Source: Paecilomyces variotii (taxonomy: Eukaryota). Taken from it: a stretch of 64,000 bases of DNA. The number at the start of each line of letters is the position of its first letter. Position 1 is the first letter of the stretch. The notes under the pieces are model-generated. The model did no database searches. It worked only from the letters and a program-made list of their open reading frames with translations, and was not told where the DNA came from. Both the position numbers and the translations under genes were made by a program. The DNA is taken from the NCBI GenBank assembly GCA_004022145.1, contig RCNU01000013.1; one strand, 5' to 3'. This document shows positions 49,138 to 59,778 of the stretch, piece by piece.

Positions 49138-50982
49138 TTACAGTCTAGCCGAGTCTTTAGTTAAGTCTGCCAGCACTTCGGTCGCCCCTCTCTCTCCACT
49201 ACGGATGGCTCCCTCCATGTAACCCTTCCATTCACCAGCCGTCTCTGTACCGACGAAATGCACATCGCCGGATGTCTCTCGCAGCGCGTCACCAACCGTA
49301 TCAAGCACGCCTGGGCCCATACAAATGCATGGACAACCCCAGCCAGCAAACTCATCTGTCAACCAATCGTAGTGGAGGGTTTGAACAAGGTTGCCCTGAA
49401 GGGTTGGCTCTGGCTCATTGAACAATGTGCTGACTTGCTGTAGCAGTCTCTTTTTGCGCTCTTCGGCCAGCAATTGAGCCCAGGCTCGACCAAAATCCCC
49501 AGCGAGGAAGCAAGTCAGCACATGCTTGTCATCCTCAGGACTGGAAGTATCGCGGATTAACGAAGCAGGCCCAACAAATGATTGCGCTAAGCCGCAGAAA
49601 CCTTTTGCAATCCAGAATGGAGACTTGAAGACCAGCAAGACCTTGGTGTAGTAGCCGTACGTGGTTGAGTCTACTAAAATCTTCTTCTCGAGTGACAGCG
49701 GCGGCGAGAACTCAATCGTCCTGAGAACCGGCGTGGCTACGGAACAGATGACCTTGCGAGCTATGTAGGCACGTGGTCCATCCTGTCCAGAGACATGGAC
49801 TTCAACGGCGCGGGAGATTACCTGACGTATAGATTTGACGCGGGTGGAGAGGCGTACTACACCTTCAGGCAGCCTTGCTGCGAGCTCTTTGGCCAAGAAC
49901 TGGGTTCCCTGACGAATGCGCAGGTACTGCCCGCCATCTTTCCGATCAGAGCGCATTTGAAGCAGCCCGCCACCAGATTTGCAGTAGTTGAGGAAGTAAA
50001 GTGCCGAGATGTCGCGAGGCTCTTGGCCAAGCATTGCCCGTGACCACACCGTCGCGGTAGCGAGGGCCTCCCTTGAAGCGCCTTTGGAACGCAGGTACGC
50101 TTCAAAGGTGAGTGAGTCGAGATAAGTATCTCGCGGCTGGAATGTATCAACGGCCAAGCAGTCCGCCTGAACAGTGTCTCGGATCGCAGCGACGTCCTTG
50201 ACGGTAAGTTCGTCGAACGGTGGAAGTTCGCCGTACGGGAAAGTACTGCAGGACCCGTCAAAGCTCTGAAGAACACAGTCTCCGTTCGAATTCTGCAGAA
50301 TGAGTTCGGCATTGAACCGTTTCGCCAGGGCGTACGCGCGACTCTGGTTGGTATCGTTGATCCAGGCCGCTCCGAGCTCGACCACGCCGGTTCCGATGTT
50401 TAATGGTGAACTCCAAGTCTTACCACCCACTCGATCTCTGGCTTCGAAAACCACACAGCTTAAGCCGCTCTTGAGAACATTCTCAGCTGCCGTAAGGCCG
50501 GATAGCCCGCCACCTATAACTATAACATCTATGACTTCAGCAGAGTGGAGTCGAGAAGTTGGCATCCGTGGTGCCGGGACCAGAGTAGTGGATGGACCGG
50601 CAACAGCGGCATCAATCTCGATCAACCATTCCGGGAGGGCGAGCTGCTGAACGGGCACCAGAGTCATCGCTGGACGATGGCCTCTCAGGAATCGTTGAAT
50701 GTGGCGCACATGTTTTCGTTCTGCTGGATTGTAGTTGACAATATAGATGTTGATTTTGGCAATATGATGAATGGATGCTCCCGCAGCGTAAATGAGTTTC
50801 TTCAAATTCAGCAGAGCCAGGTGAATCTGTGACTCGTAGTCTGAGGGTACGTGGCCATCCTTGCTCGTGCCAGGCTGGCCAGACATGTGAATCAGACTGC
50901 TGCTGCTTTTCGAGACAGTAACTGGCGCATAATACGCTGCCTTGGTGTTGGACAGGTCCACTTGCTCGACAAGTTTAGCCAT
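49138..50982 (-). CDS. Fusion of an N-terminal Rid (YjgF/YER057c) domain and a flavin-containing amine oxidase; C-terminal PTS1-like ARL
   Basis: IHMSGQ, QIHLALLNL, LIEIDA (Rid); VIGGGLSG, EARDRVGG, LGAAWIND, HFVGTET..WKGYMEGAIRSGERGA (MAO family). Confidence 0.93.
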   Translation of the reverse strand: MAKLVEQVDLSNTKAAYYAPVTVSKSSSSLIHMSGQPGTSKDGHVPSDYESQIHLALLNLKKLIYAAGASIHHIAKINIYIVNYNPAERKHVRHIQRFLRGHRPAMTLVPVQQLALPEWLIEIDAAVAGPSTTLVPAPRMPTSRLHSAEVIDVIVIGGGLSGLTAAENVLKSGLSCVVFEARDRVGGKTWSSPLNIGTGVVELGAAWINDTNQSRAYALAKRFNAELILQNSNGDCVLQSFDGSCSTFPYGELPPFDELTVKDVAAIRDTVQADCLAVDTFQPRDTYLDSLTFEAYLRSKGASREALATATVWSRAMLGQEPRDISALYFLNYCKSGGGLLQMRSDRKDGGQYLRIRQGTQFLAKELAARLPEGVVRLSTRVKSIRQVISRAVEVHVSGQDGPRAYIARKVICSVATPVLRTIEFSPPLSLEKKILVDSTTYGYYTKVLLVFKSPFWIAKGFCGLAQSFVGPASLIRDTSSPEDDKHVLTCFLAGDFGRAWAQLLAEERKKRLLQQVSTLFNEPEPTLQGNLVQTLHYDWLTDEFAGWGCPCICMGPGVLDTVGDALRETSGDVHFVGTETAGEWKGYMEGAIRSGERGATEVLADLTKDSARL

Positions 50983-51696
50983 TTCAACTTTGAGACTAAA
51001 TAATATAGGTCAAGATATGTGAGCCCGCCTAATTCAGATCAGTATCAGACTCTGGTCGTAATCATGTATCAGATTTGCGTGGAAATCTAGGGTGCTTCGA
51101 TCTGATAAGTACTCTGGATACAGAACTGCAGACAATCTCAGAGCGTCCCTGAAGGCCATCGGTTTCAAGAGAGTCTCTCTGAGAGAATGGCCTCCGTGAG
51201 GCCATGCCAGTCTTATCGGAGCCAAGTGCTTCGTACGCCGGGATAACTTGCCCAAATACATGATCTTATCTCGTTGTAAGTGCGCAGTACCTAAGTTAGG
51301 AGGTGATCAGTATGTCAGCATGTTCCTGAAGTTATCCAATTCCAGCAGAGATTAGAAAAAGCAATTCATCCATGATCTGCATCATCAATAATCGCTCAGC
51401 ACGTAGCGCAGTGTCTCAGTCGGCATCACATAATAATAATAGCCCAGTAACTAACTTGAAGCTCGAGAAAGTCAGTGAAGTACTGCCGGGCGGTGAACCC
51501 GGCAATACATCCCCGGTGGAGACCGTCCAATGCGGGCTAGCCTTAGGGCTCGCTTAGGGCTTGCGGTGCCAAGGCGAAAAAGCACACTACACCAGACAAC
51601 TTCGAGATCTCCAGTTCCAGCGGCCGACCCGTCATCGAAAAGCGACAACCACTGACCCGACCTCGAGGACCATCTCTCTCCGGCAACCTCTTCAAG

Positions 51697-52752
51697 ATGG
51701 TGAGTGATTCTGAATTCCTGCATGCCGTCCGATGATCCGTCGTGTCGAAATCCCAATTGCCAGCAAGATCGTCGACTCTTTGGATGTTTCGCGCACACGC
51801 CCGATTTTTCACCTGCCGACCATGCACATGCACCACCGCAATGCGTTACAAGAAAAGGAAATAAAAGAGCCATAGCTGATGCGCCGTTGTGCTTCGTCTA
51901 GGTCCGTTACGCTGCACAGGAGATTCCGGCCGCAAAGAGCGCCCGTTCGCGGGGCTCTTACCTGCGTGTCTCTTTCAAGAACACCCGTGAAACCGCCCAG
52001 GCCATCAACGGATGGAAGCTGCAGCGCGCCACTCAGTACCTCGAGAATGTCATCGCACACAAGGAGGCTATCCCCATGAGACGGTACGCCGGTAGCACTG
52101 GTCGCACTGCCCAGGGTGAGTGACTACATTCTTTTTTTCAAGGTCGCAATTGTGGAACGGATTGGAGCGGGAACTCAGATGGAATGGATGGATTGGATGC
52201 AGCAATCAGTGGGGGAACCGCCATTATCTTTATGGAATATGAGACTTGTGAATTGGTGGAATTTTGATTTTTCGCTACGAAGGCGCGGGAATCATGGGTT
52301 ATACGACCAAGTTTTTCTGGGACCTCGCATTGCTGACAATATGATTGTCTGCAGGCAAGCCTTTCGGTGTCTCCAAGGCCCGCTGGCCCGTCAAGTCCGC
52401 CCAGTTCCTCCTTGACCTCCTCAAGAACGCTGAGGCCAACGCCGACACCAAGGGTCTCGACACCGGCAACCTCATCGTCAAGCACATCCAGGTCAACCAG
52501 GCCCCCAAGGGTCGGAGACGTACCTACCGTGCTCACGGTCGTGTATGTGGATCATTTTAGCCCGCTTGGTTTCTCACCGCATGCTAATCAAATTTTCAGA
52601 TCAACCCCTACATGACCAACCCCTGCCACATCGAGCTCATCCTTACCGAGGGTGAGGAGGTTGTCCAGAAGGCTGCCGTTACCAAGCGTGAGCCCCGTCT
52701 GACCTCTCGCCAGCGTGGTGCTCAGATCCGCCGTGCCATCACTGAGGCGTAA
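51697..52752 (+). CDS. RPL17: 60S ribosomal protein L17 (uL22); exons 51697-51699, 51902-52115, 52355-52541, 52600-52752
   Basis: [53 protein letters not shown]; strong codon bias. Confidence 0.97.
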
Positions 52753-53688
52753 GCGGGTTGTTGGGTGACGGTGTAGGGGAACTGGATCCGGGACTGGAGT
52801 TTACTGTTGCAGCGAAACCAACCTGGTAAAAAAGAAAAGAAAGCGGGACGGACTGAGATAATGGATAGGGCGTTCCAGATGCTGGCTCTCTTTCCAAGGG
52901 ACGGAAAAGTGCGGTTGTTTGGCGTCCAGCAGGACCATTCGGCGAGCAATCTTTTCCATGTCGAAGATCCTGATGAAAAAACAACCCACTTAGGTACTCT
53001 TGTCTTGTTCCACTATCTTTCTCCTCGGGTCATCTCGAGAGAATCATGAAATGGGATATGATTTTTCTTGAGATCCAGGGAGTCTGTCGAATAGATCGTA
53101 CCGAGGAAATACCAATTTCTTTTTGTCTTTCAGTTGCATCCATCGTTCCGGAGCCGATCTTGCAGTCCTACTGCTGTAAAGCGTCCCGACGACTTTCTCT
53201 TGAAAAAATGCCAATCCCGTCGAATCTGGACATCCAACTGGCAGTGTACTATCCGCAATGTCGAATAAACCATCATGCTGACTCGCGCCCGAACCTATCA
53301 AGAGATCTATTTAGAGATATCTATGCAAGTACCTTCGGCATTGATACGTATGCGCACAATTCATAGACAAGCATGCACGCGTTAGATATTGTTAATTTCA
53401 AATACCCCAACGAAGCATCTTCACAACTACAGATCTTCCCGGCGGTATATTCCATAATAGATTATACTGAATTTTCACCTAGCACCAAGTATTTTCTACC
53501 CTGAGAAATAAACTTAATTAAGGGCTTACTTATCACAAGTCATTCGATATCGAGAACTAGAGTGGATAGCGAAGCAAAGAAATATATATATATTTCTGCA
53601 AAAACTTCAGTAAAGCCAAAAATCAGTTCTTGCTTTTAACCGGGCTAAATATTTTGACGCTTGGTCTCGAGAAAGGGTTTCTCTTCTC

Positions 53689-54079
53689 TTGCTTGTCCAC
53701 TGGCGACACGATGGCTATCAAATACTTCTCTATCTTTGCAAGTTCATCTACAGGATCCGTCATCAAGTGATCTCCTATGGTCTCGACCACGAGGATCCGC
53801 GAAGAAATAACATAATCTGGGATGAGAAATCGGACAGATGGTACGTATTCCTCATACGTACACACACACATATATATATATAGACACAGCACTAACATTG
53901 GGTCTCATTCAGCTGGATGCCAAAAAGGTTGATCCATCAAAGAGATTTAGACCGCGTCTCGACTAGACAGAGTGGGGGATAGTAGCTGCTTCTGATACCG
54001 AAGACCCCATCGACCCAATGACTCCAGATTTATTTGATGAGTGTCCTGATGATAAAACGCTATATGCTTTGGCAAAATG
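53689..54079 (+). pseudogene. Degenerate fragment of a kinase-like hypothetical protein
   Basis: GLDHEDPRRNNIIWDEKSDRW resembles an HxD..N catalytic loop; intron-like segment, then a reading frame with an internal TAG; no intact upstream ORF. Confidence 0.35.
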
Positions 54080-54840
54080 AACAAAAAAAAAAGACAATTC
54101 TGGGAGAATCTATAATAATAGAAGTACCATAGTGCAGAGAGTACTCTAACTATAGTTATCGCATTGCAATTTAATCATCCATGTTCTCTTGAAATGATCC
54201 ATCTCCAGAGTGATAGACCCAGGAAAGTAAAGGACAGAAATTTCATCAGATATAGACATTTTAACTACGGTTTCTATTGCTGTTACGTGCGGACCTCAGG
54301 GTGTACATCGAGCCAGGGTTCCCTAATGTAAGGGTATTCCCGCCTCTGTTAATATTTATAGACGCTCTGATACCAGCGTCCGCCTTATTATGGTGTAAGG
54401 GCTTACCGCGAGATTATCGTCATCTCAACTAACCTGCTTCATATTTGAATCCAGCAAATGCAGCCTATCTCGGTCCTCTCGTGCAGGGTCGAAGACCAAT
54501 TTGCAGATCTATGTTCTCTCCTAAGTAGCAGTTGACGAATGACGGATCGCAATTCAGTCACCTCAACTTGTAAGTATAGCTGGCTTCTGGAACGCTCATG
54601 CTGGAGAAAACCTCGGACATGTCTCCTATGACTCGTAGGAAAGACGCGTAGAGGGTTTCGGATGTCGTCACAGGAAAGACCTGACCTCAATCAACTGTCC
54701 TCGTCGGCAACGAGACAGGGTTCATAAGATGATAAATGCGCCTTCAAATGCTTGTATTAGAAATGTATTAATAGTGCTGATATGGTCGACAGCTTTCTTG
54801 ACATCACAGGACTGACGGTCAGCTGTTGACGCGGTGCTCT

Positions 54841-55935
54841 TTACCGATCAGGCTTCGATTCTATCTTCTGTTCCACCATGATTGCTAACTGCCTCTGCAT
54901 CTTTGCCAGTTCCCCGACCTCGTCTCTCAGCATCTCCACGTTCCTAATGATGTAACTCAGCGCGAACCACTTTGCGCCCTCCGCATCGAGGTCTATCCGA
55001 AGCGGCCAATCTTCTCCTCCCGGGATATCGTTCGATTCTTCGGATCCTCTCATCTCTGGTCTTTCGTGACTGTAGCTGTTGTTTTCCGCCGCGCTGCAAG
55101 GCCCAGTTTCCATTTCCGTGGTATCTGTTCTGACAGGATCCGCCGGTATCGTGGTCCTGGGACTTTGGGAGCTGCGAATATTTCCCGAGTCACAAACAAC
55201 CGTCCCCAACGGCGTGATGAGACCGTGTTCTTCAAGAATTCTCCTCTCTGCCATGGCGTCTACCATCTCATTTCGAGACTCCTCAACAACCAACCTAGGC
55301 GTATTCTTCTTCTTCCTCTTCTTCTTCACGGTAGCGTCCACCGCATCCGCATTATTATGCCCCCATTCCCCAGCATCCATCTTGACGCATCCAAGAAACT
55401 CCAACCACTCATCCATAACCCCCCTCCATTCAGTCTTGGGTAACGGCACCCCAGTCCCTCTCTCCATCTCAATCTCTTTCCGCCTTCTCGTCTCCCACGT
55501 CTGAATCGACTTGTCCGGACGGACAATAAACCTGCCGAACCTCCGCTGCATCCATCCAGTACATGCATTCCAGAACTCCCTCTTCGTGTAATTCTTATCT
55601 GCAAAATGATTCTTGTGGCCCAGACACCATCGCATAATAAGAATCTGCTCCTGTTCGGACCAGAACGCGCGCGGTTTTCTAGACCCGAATGAGAAGTACG
55701 AAGATGAAGACCGCCGTCTGCTGGTAGATGAGGAAGTAGGGAACCGATGCATTGTTGGCGGCTGGGAGAACAACGATGATGGTGGCGAGTGAGATTCTGA
55801 TGGCGGGGAGGATTCAGATTCAGATTGAGATCTCGCAGCGCGCGTCTGTGTCTGTGTCTGTTGCTCGTGATCGTAATTGTAATTGTAATCCTGGGATAAT
55901 TCACGGCCCGATCTCAGTATGTGATGAAGGTCCAT
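54841..55935 (-). CDS. Hypothetical nuclear protein with Myb/SANT-like helix bundle, basic NLS and C-terminal coiled coil
   Basis: 364-aa ORF; WSEQEQILIM...EFWNAC...W spacing; KKKRKKK. Confidence 0.65.
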   Translation of the reverse strand: MDLHHILRSGRELSQDYNYNYDHEQQTQTQTRAARSQSESESSPPSESHSPPSSLFSQPPTMHRFPTSSSTSRRRSSSSYFSFGSRKPRAFWSEQEQILIMRWCLGHKNHFADKNYTKREFWNACTGWMQRRFGRFIVRPDKSIQTWETRRRKEIEMERGTGVPLPKTEWRGVMDEWLEFLGCVKMDAGEWGHNNADAVDATVKKKRKKKNTPRLVVEESRNEMVDAMAERRILEEHGLITPLGTVVCDSGNIRSSQSPRTTIPADPVRTDTTEMETGPCSAAENNSYSHERPEMRGSEESNDIPGGEDWPLRIDLDAEGAKWFALSYIIRNVEMLRDEVGELAKMQRQLAIMVEQKIESKPDR

Positions 55936-57322
55936 GTTGGTAATTCGATCATTTTGCTTCCTTTCCTCTATTCCAGTAGCTTAACTTAAATAATAACAAT
56001 AACTTGGAAGTTGATGATGAAATCCAACCCTGGTTATTAAATAACCAGTTACTGTTTCCAGCACCATCAAACTAACCAACTACCTACCTACCTACCTAGT
56101 ACTAATACCATATTCCTTCTCTCCTATTTCCGTTCGGATCCGACCCTGCTGATTCCAGTTTCAGGAGAACCACCATGCCGAAATCAGTATGAGCGATACT
56201 ACAGGTAAACGTCAGCTCGAGCTATATATGTGGAGAGGACCCCTATCTATTCCAGATTAATCTTATTAGTATTACGTTTGGGTGTGGTGTTCATGCTGAT
56301 CATCATCGCTGGGGCCGTGCTTTACCGGATGCCGGTTAGTCTAGGTAGGTAGGTAGTCAGCTTGTTTATGTCGAGGAGTATTATTGTTTGATGGGCGGAC
56401 GGTTTGAGGGCGGGGAATAAGTGTTATTGATGATTATTTAGTTTTGAGCTGGGAATGTTTAGTTCCTTTCTTGTTGTCCTGGGTATATCTAGGAGAGGGG
56501 GGAACTATATACATACATAGGCATACAAGACACGTGACGGTTTAAAAATAGATATGTATAGATTATGTACATGGATACATACAGTAGTGTTCTCTAACAC
56601 GAAGTAAACACTTCTACATCTAGTGATCACTACTGAATCCTACTATCACTATTGCCAAGGCGAGATACATGCATAACTAAACAGCGAAAGATATTTTGTT
56701 TTGAAGCGCGTGTTGTTCAAAGGGTGGTAATATACTAACCTCGACTCTTAACAAGATGCCACAAGTTCTTTCTCGAAATTTGGTCCAAATCATAATTGTT
56801 CATTTAAATCTCGTTACATTACATACATTCACACATACATACATCAGGTACATGACATAAAATCATAAAATAGCGGCATAGCACTTGGCACTGATATCAT
56901 ATCCATATCCATAAAACAGATTTCCTCCCGGCATTATGCGTAAATAGTCCAAAACATATCTGCGCTCTTGACATGTTAGTTTCAAGCGCGGTATAATATA
57001 GAATCGAATCGGGTTCGGTCGTTTTCCAGTCCAAGTATGGTGTAGTGAGAAGCAAGACACGGGGAGTATCCAGAACGGTATTAAGTCCTAATTTTTTTTC
57101 TTCCTTTTTTGTACTTCTTTCTTCCAAGATTGGCGTCGGTATGAGATCTATTTCCTGAACTTGTGTGGGTAAAAAGGCAGTTAACTATGTGTCGTGTCAC
57201 ATCGTAATGAAATTCGTTCCTGGCGTATCTCAGCTGGTTCTGCACTTTGGTTAGTACAGGTTGGAGGCTGGGTCGTTGAGACCAGACCAGCCACGCATTC
57301 ATCCACAGAAAGAAGGATGAAA

Positions 57323-58017
57323 TCAAACCACGTAGGGCTGTCTCCTTCCACTCGAGCTGCGATGCTGCGAATGCGACGAATGGCCCCTACGACTGCTATG
57401 ACTTCTCCGGCGGACGGTCTCCTTGACAACGACCTCCTCTTCACGGTGATGACGATGGATAAACAACGCAACTAGAGCGGTCCAGAAGAAGAAAATGACC
57501 TCCATGATTCCGAACGCGAAGCAGGTCTTGAGCATGGCGCAGGTCTTGTTCAGATCGACCGTCGGCTTGTGTGTCTCAATGCCCCAGTACCCGAACGGGC
57601 CGAGGGAGACGATGACGGAACCGCCGTCCCAGTGTGAGCAGTTCTCGTTGGCGATGAAGCGGAGCTCATACACGCCGGCGATAAAGGCGCCGAAGAAGCA
57701 GAGGTCCATAAAGGCCACGAAGATCGCGGAGCGCCGCGTGGTTCTGTACCGGATGGTGGTGTCGAGAGCCCAGAACACGGCGACGACGCTGACGATGAAG
57801 AGGACGAGGATGTAGGCTGGCGTTAATTGGTTATTGTTGAGAAAGCCATTGACAAAGTATGCCTGGGTAGGTGGTAGAATGTGATTAGTTTTGTTGAGTG
57901 GAGTGTGGTATGAGATATTATAGAAGTAGGAAAAAGACTTACCATCATGCCAATGATGGGGATCAAGAAGACGATCTCTACGATCCGCCAGAAGATAAAA
58001 ATGAGAGCGCCGATCAT
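57323..58017 (-). CDS. Four-TM MARVEL-like membrane protein; intron 57863-57942
   Basis: Four hydrophobic helices, DLCFFGAFIAG, CAMLKTCFAFGI, R/S/H-rich tail. Confidence 0.85.
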
Positions 58018-59778
58018 CGTGATGATTTATTTCTTTCGAGTTTCCTTGCGGTTATCTGATGATATGGGTGAGGATTTCTTCTACTTGACGATGGGATATT
58101 GTTTCGTTGTCTAGATATTCATCTCCCGTCGGACCTCCCAGATGATCAGAGGTTGCCTCTCAAAAAGATGCGCAAGACCGCGGAATGAATGTATCCGCTT
58201 TCAGATAGCTTGCGATCGCAATCGCAGAGCTCCGCGACGTGCGATGGTGTATCTCCTTCGTTGCACAATGCGCAACTATGGTAGAGCAGTACACCCAGGC
58301 GGGGACTCTATGTAAGTATGTAAGTTGTTCGAGACTCCAGACCACGACGACGCAGACTGCAAGGGGGCGATCCAGCAGTAGCAGGAAGGAAAGAAGAGAA
58401 ATATGCAGTCGATCACGAGTAAAAGAAAAAGAAAAGACGAGAAACGCCCTTTGTTCTCGCAGGACAGGGTGCAAATCGGCGATCGCCCCTCATTGTGTTT
58501 CTTTCTTCTACTTTACGAGGAGGCTGGGCGAAATGGCGGGGGGTTGGTTGTCCGGGACTCTGCCGTTGGCCCGTTCACTGTCAACCTGGTTATCTAGAGT
58601 CTTCCCAGCCATCTAAGTATCTAGTTTGGCTTCCCTCGGGGTGTCGATGACATGTACATGTTTATTTTGATTATTATTATCTTCTTCTTCCCTCCCATGG
58701 CGCAAACCCACCCGAACCGACCGTGAACCATGGGCGGCAGACAAAGTTACCAGAAATTTCCCGTAACACAAGTGGGAGGATTAGTTAAAACTAAAAATAT
58801 CTCATAGATAGACAAGCTACGGAGTAGATACTCCGAGTACAGCTGCTTATCGATGGGTTACTAGGGTGATAATCGGCTACTCATCATCCCGGTCCATTAT
58901 GATGATAAACTGACCGTTTGAATTGCTCGTGATGTCCCCTAGATTTATTTAGCCTTAGGTACCTACTCCGTAGTTAGCCTCAGCTACCTAGATAGGTAGT
59001 TAGTGGCTCTGCATAGCTAGTCTAGCTTTAGTACATGATCCCAATAACGGCTCTATGATGATGTTGGTATCGTTGGTTGATGGAAGTAGAAGTGGGTCTT
59101 GGTTGGTGTTCTGTTCTTAATAGAGGCCCTCTATTAGAGGGTAATAATAGTATTAGGTATTAGTAGACGATCTTTATACTACTCTATGGATTATTCATCG
59201 GAAGAAGAGCTACCTTGGTTACAAGAGATGCAGAGACAGCTGAAAGAATATTAATTGCGTGGTATAGGTACTTAACATGGTATTGTCCAGCGCATACTCT
59301 TACAGAGCGCACATCTTTCTGTATCCACTTGAATTAAGGCAGCGGTATATACTGTGTAGTATACAGGTCCATCTTCCTCGCAGGATGAGAAAAGCTGGGA
59401 TTTCTTCAATGTCTAATGAAAAGGAACACGGCTACTATTCAAATTCAAGGAGATCAGATGGAAAGCCAACAAGGGGGTATATGATAATTGTATCCAAATG
59501 CTGCAACAAATCTACCGCTCATCTTATGAGAAACAAACAATAACCGACCTGCAATCTTTAACATACACGAAACATGATGCAAGATTGAAATGAGGACTCG
59601 ATCAAGAGAGGCAACAGCCCGCGAAGAAAGGCTCAAGTCGTCATAGAACAGAATAGAACAACAAGACAATGCTCGTTGATCACATCCAGGAGAAGAAATG
59701 GATATATCTTCACACATGTCCAAGAGAAGTTCATCATGAGGTCTTGCAGAGAATCGAACCAGCTCCTCATGCGCTGGG

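Noticed and set aside
51700-52354. Possible box C/D snoRNAs in the RPL17 introns
   Set aside because: No perfect C box with a terminal stem; the CTGA motifs coincide with branch sites.
54364-54375. TGGTATCAGAGC (minus strand), resembling a retrotransposon primer-binding site
   Set aside because: This is the plant tRNA-iMet PBS form; no LTR-terminal CA precedes it and no gag/pol is nearby.
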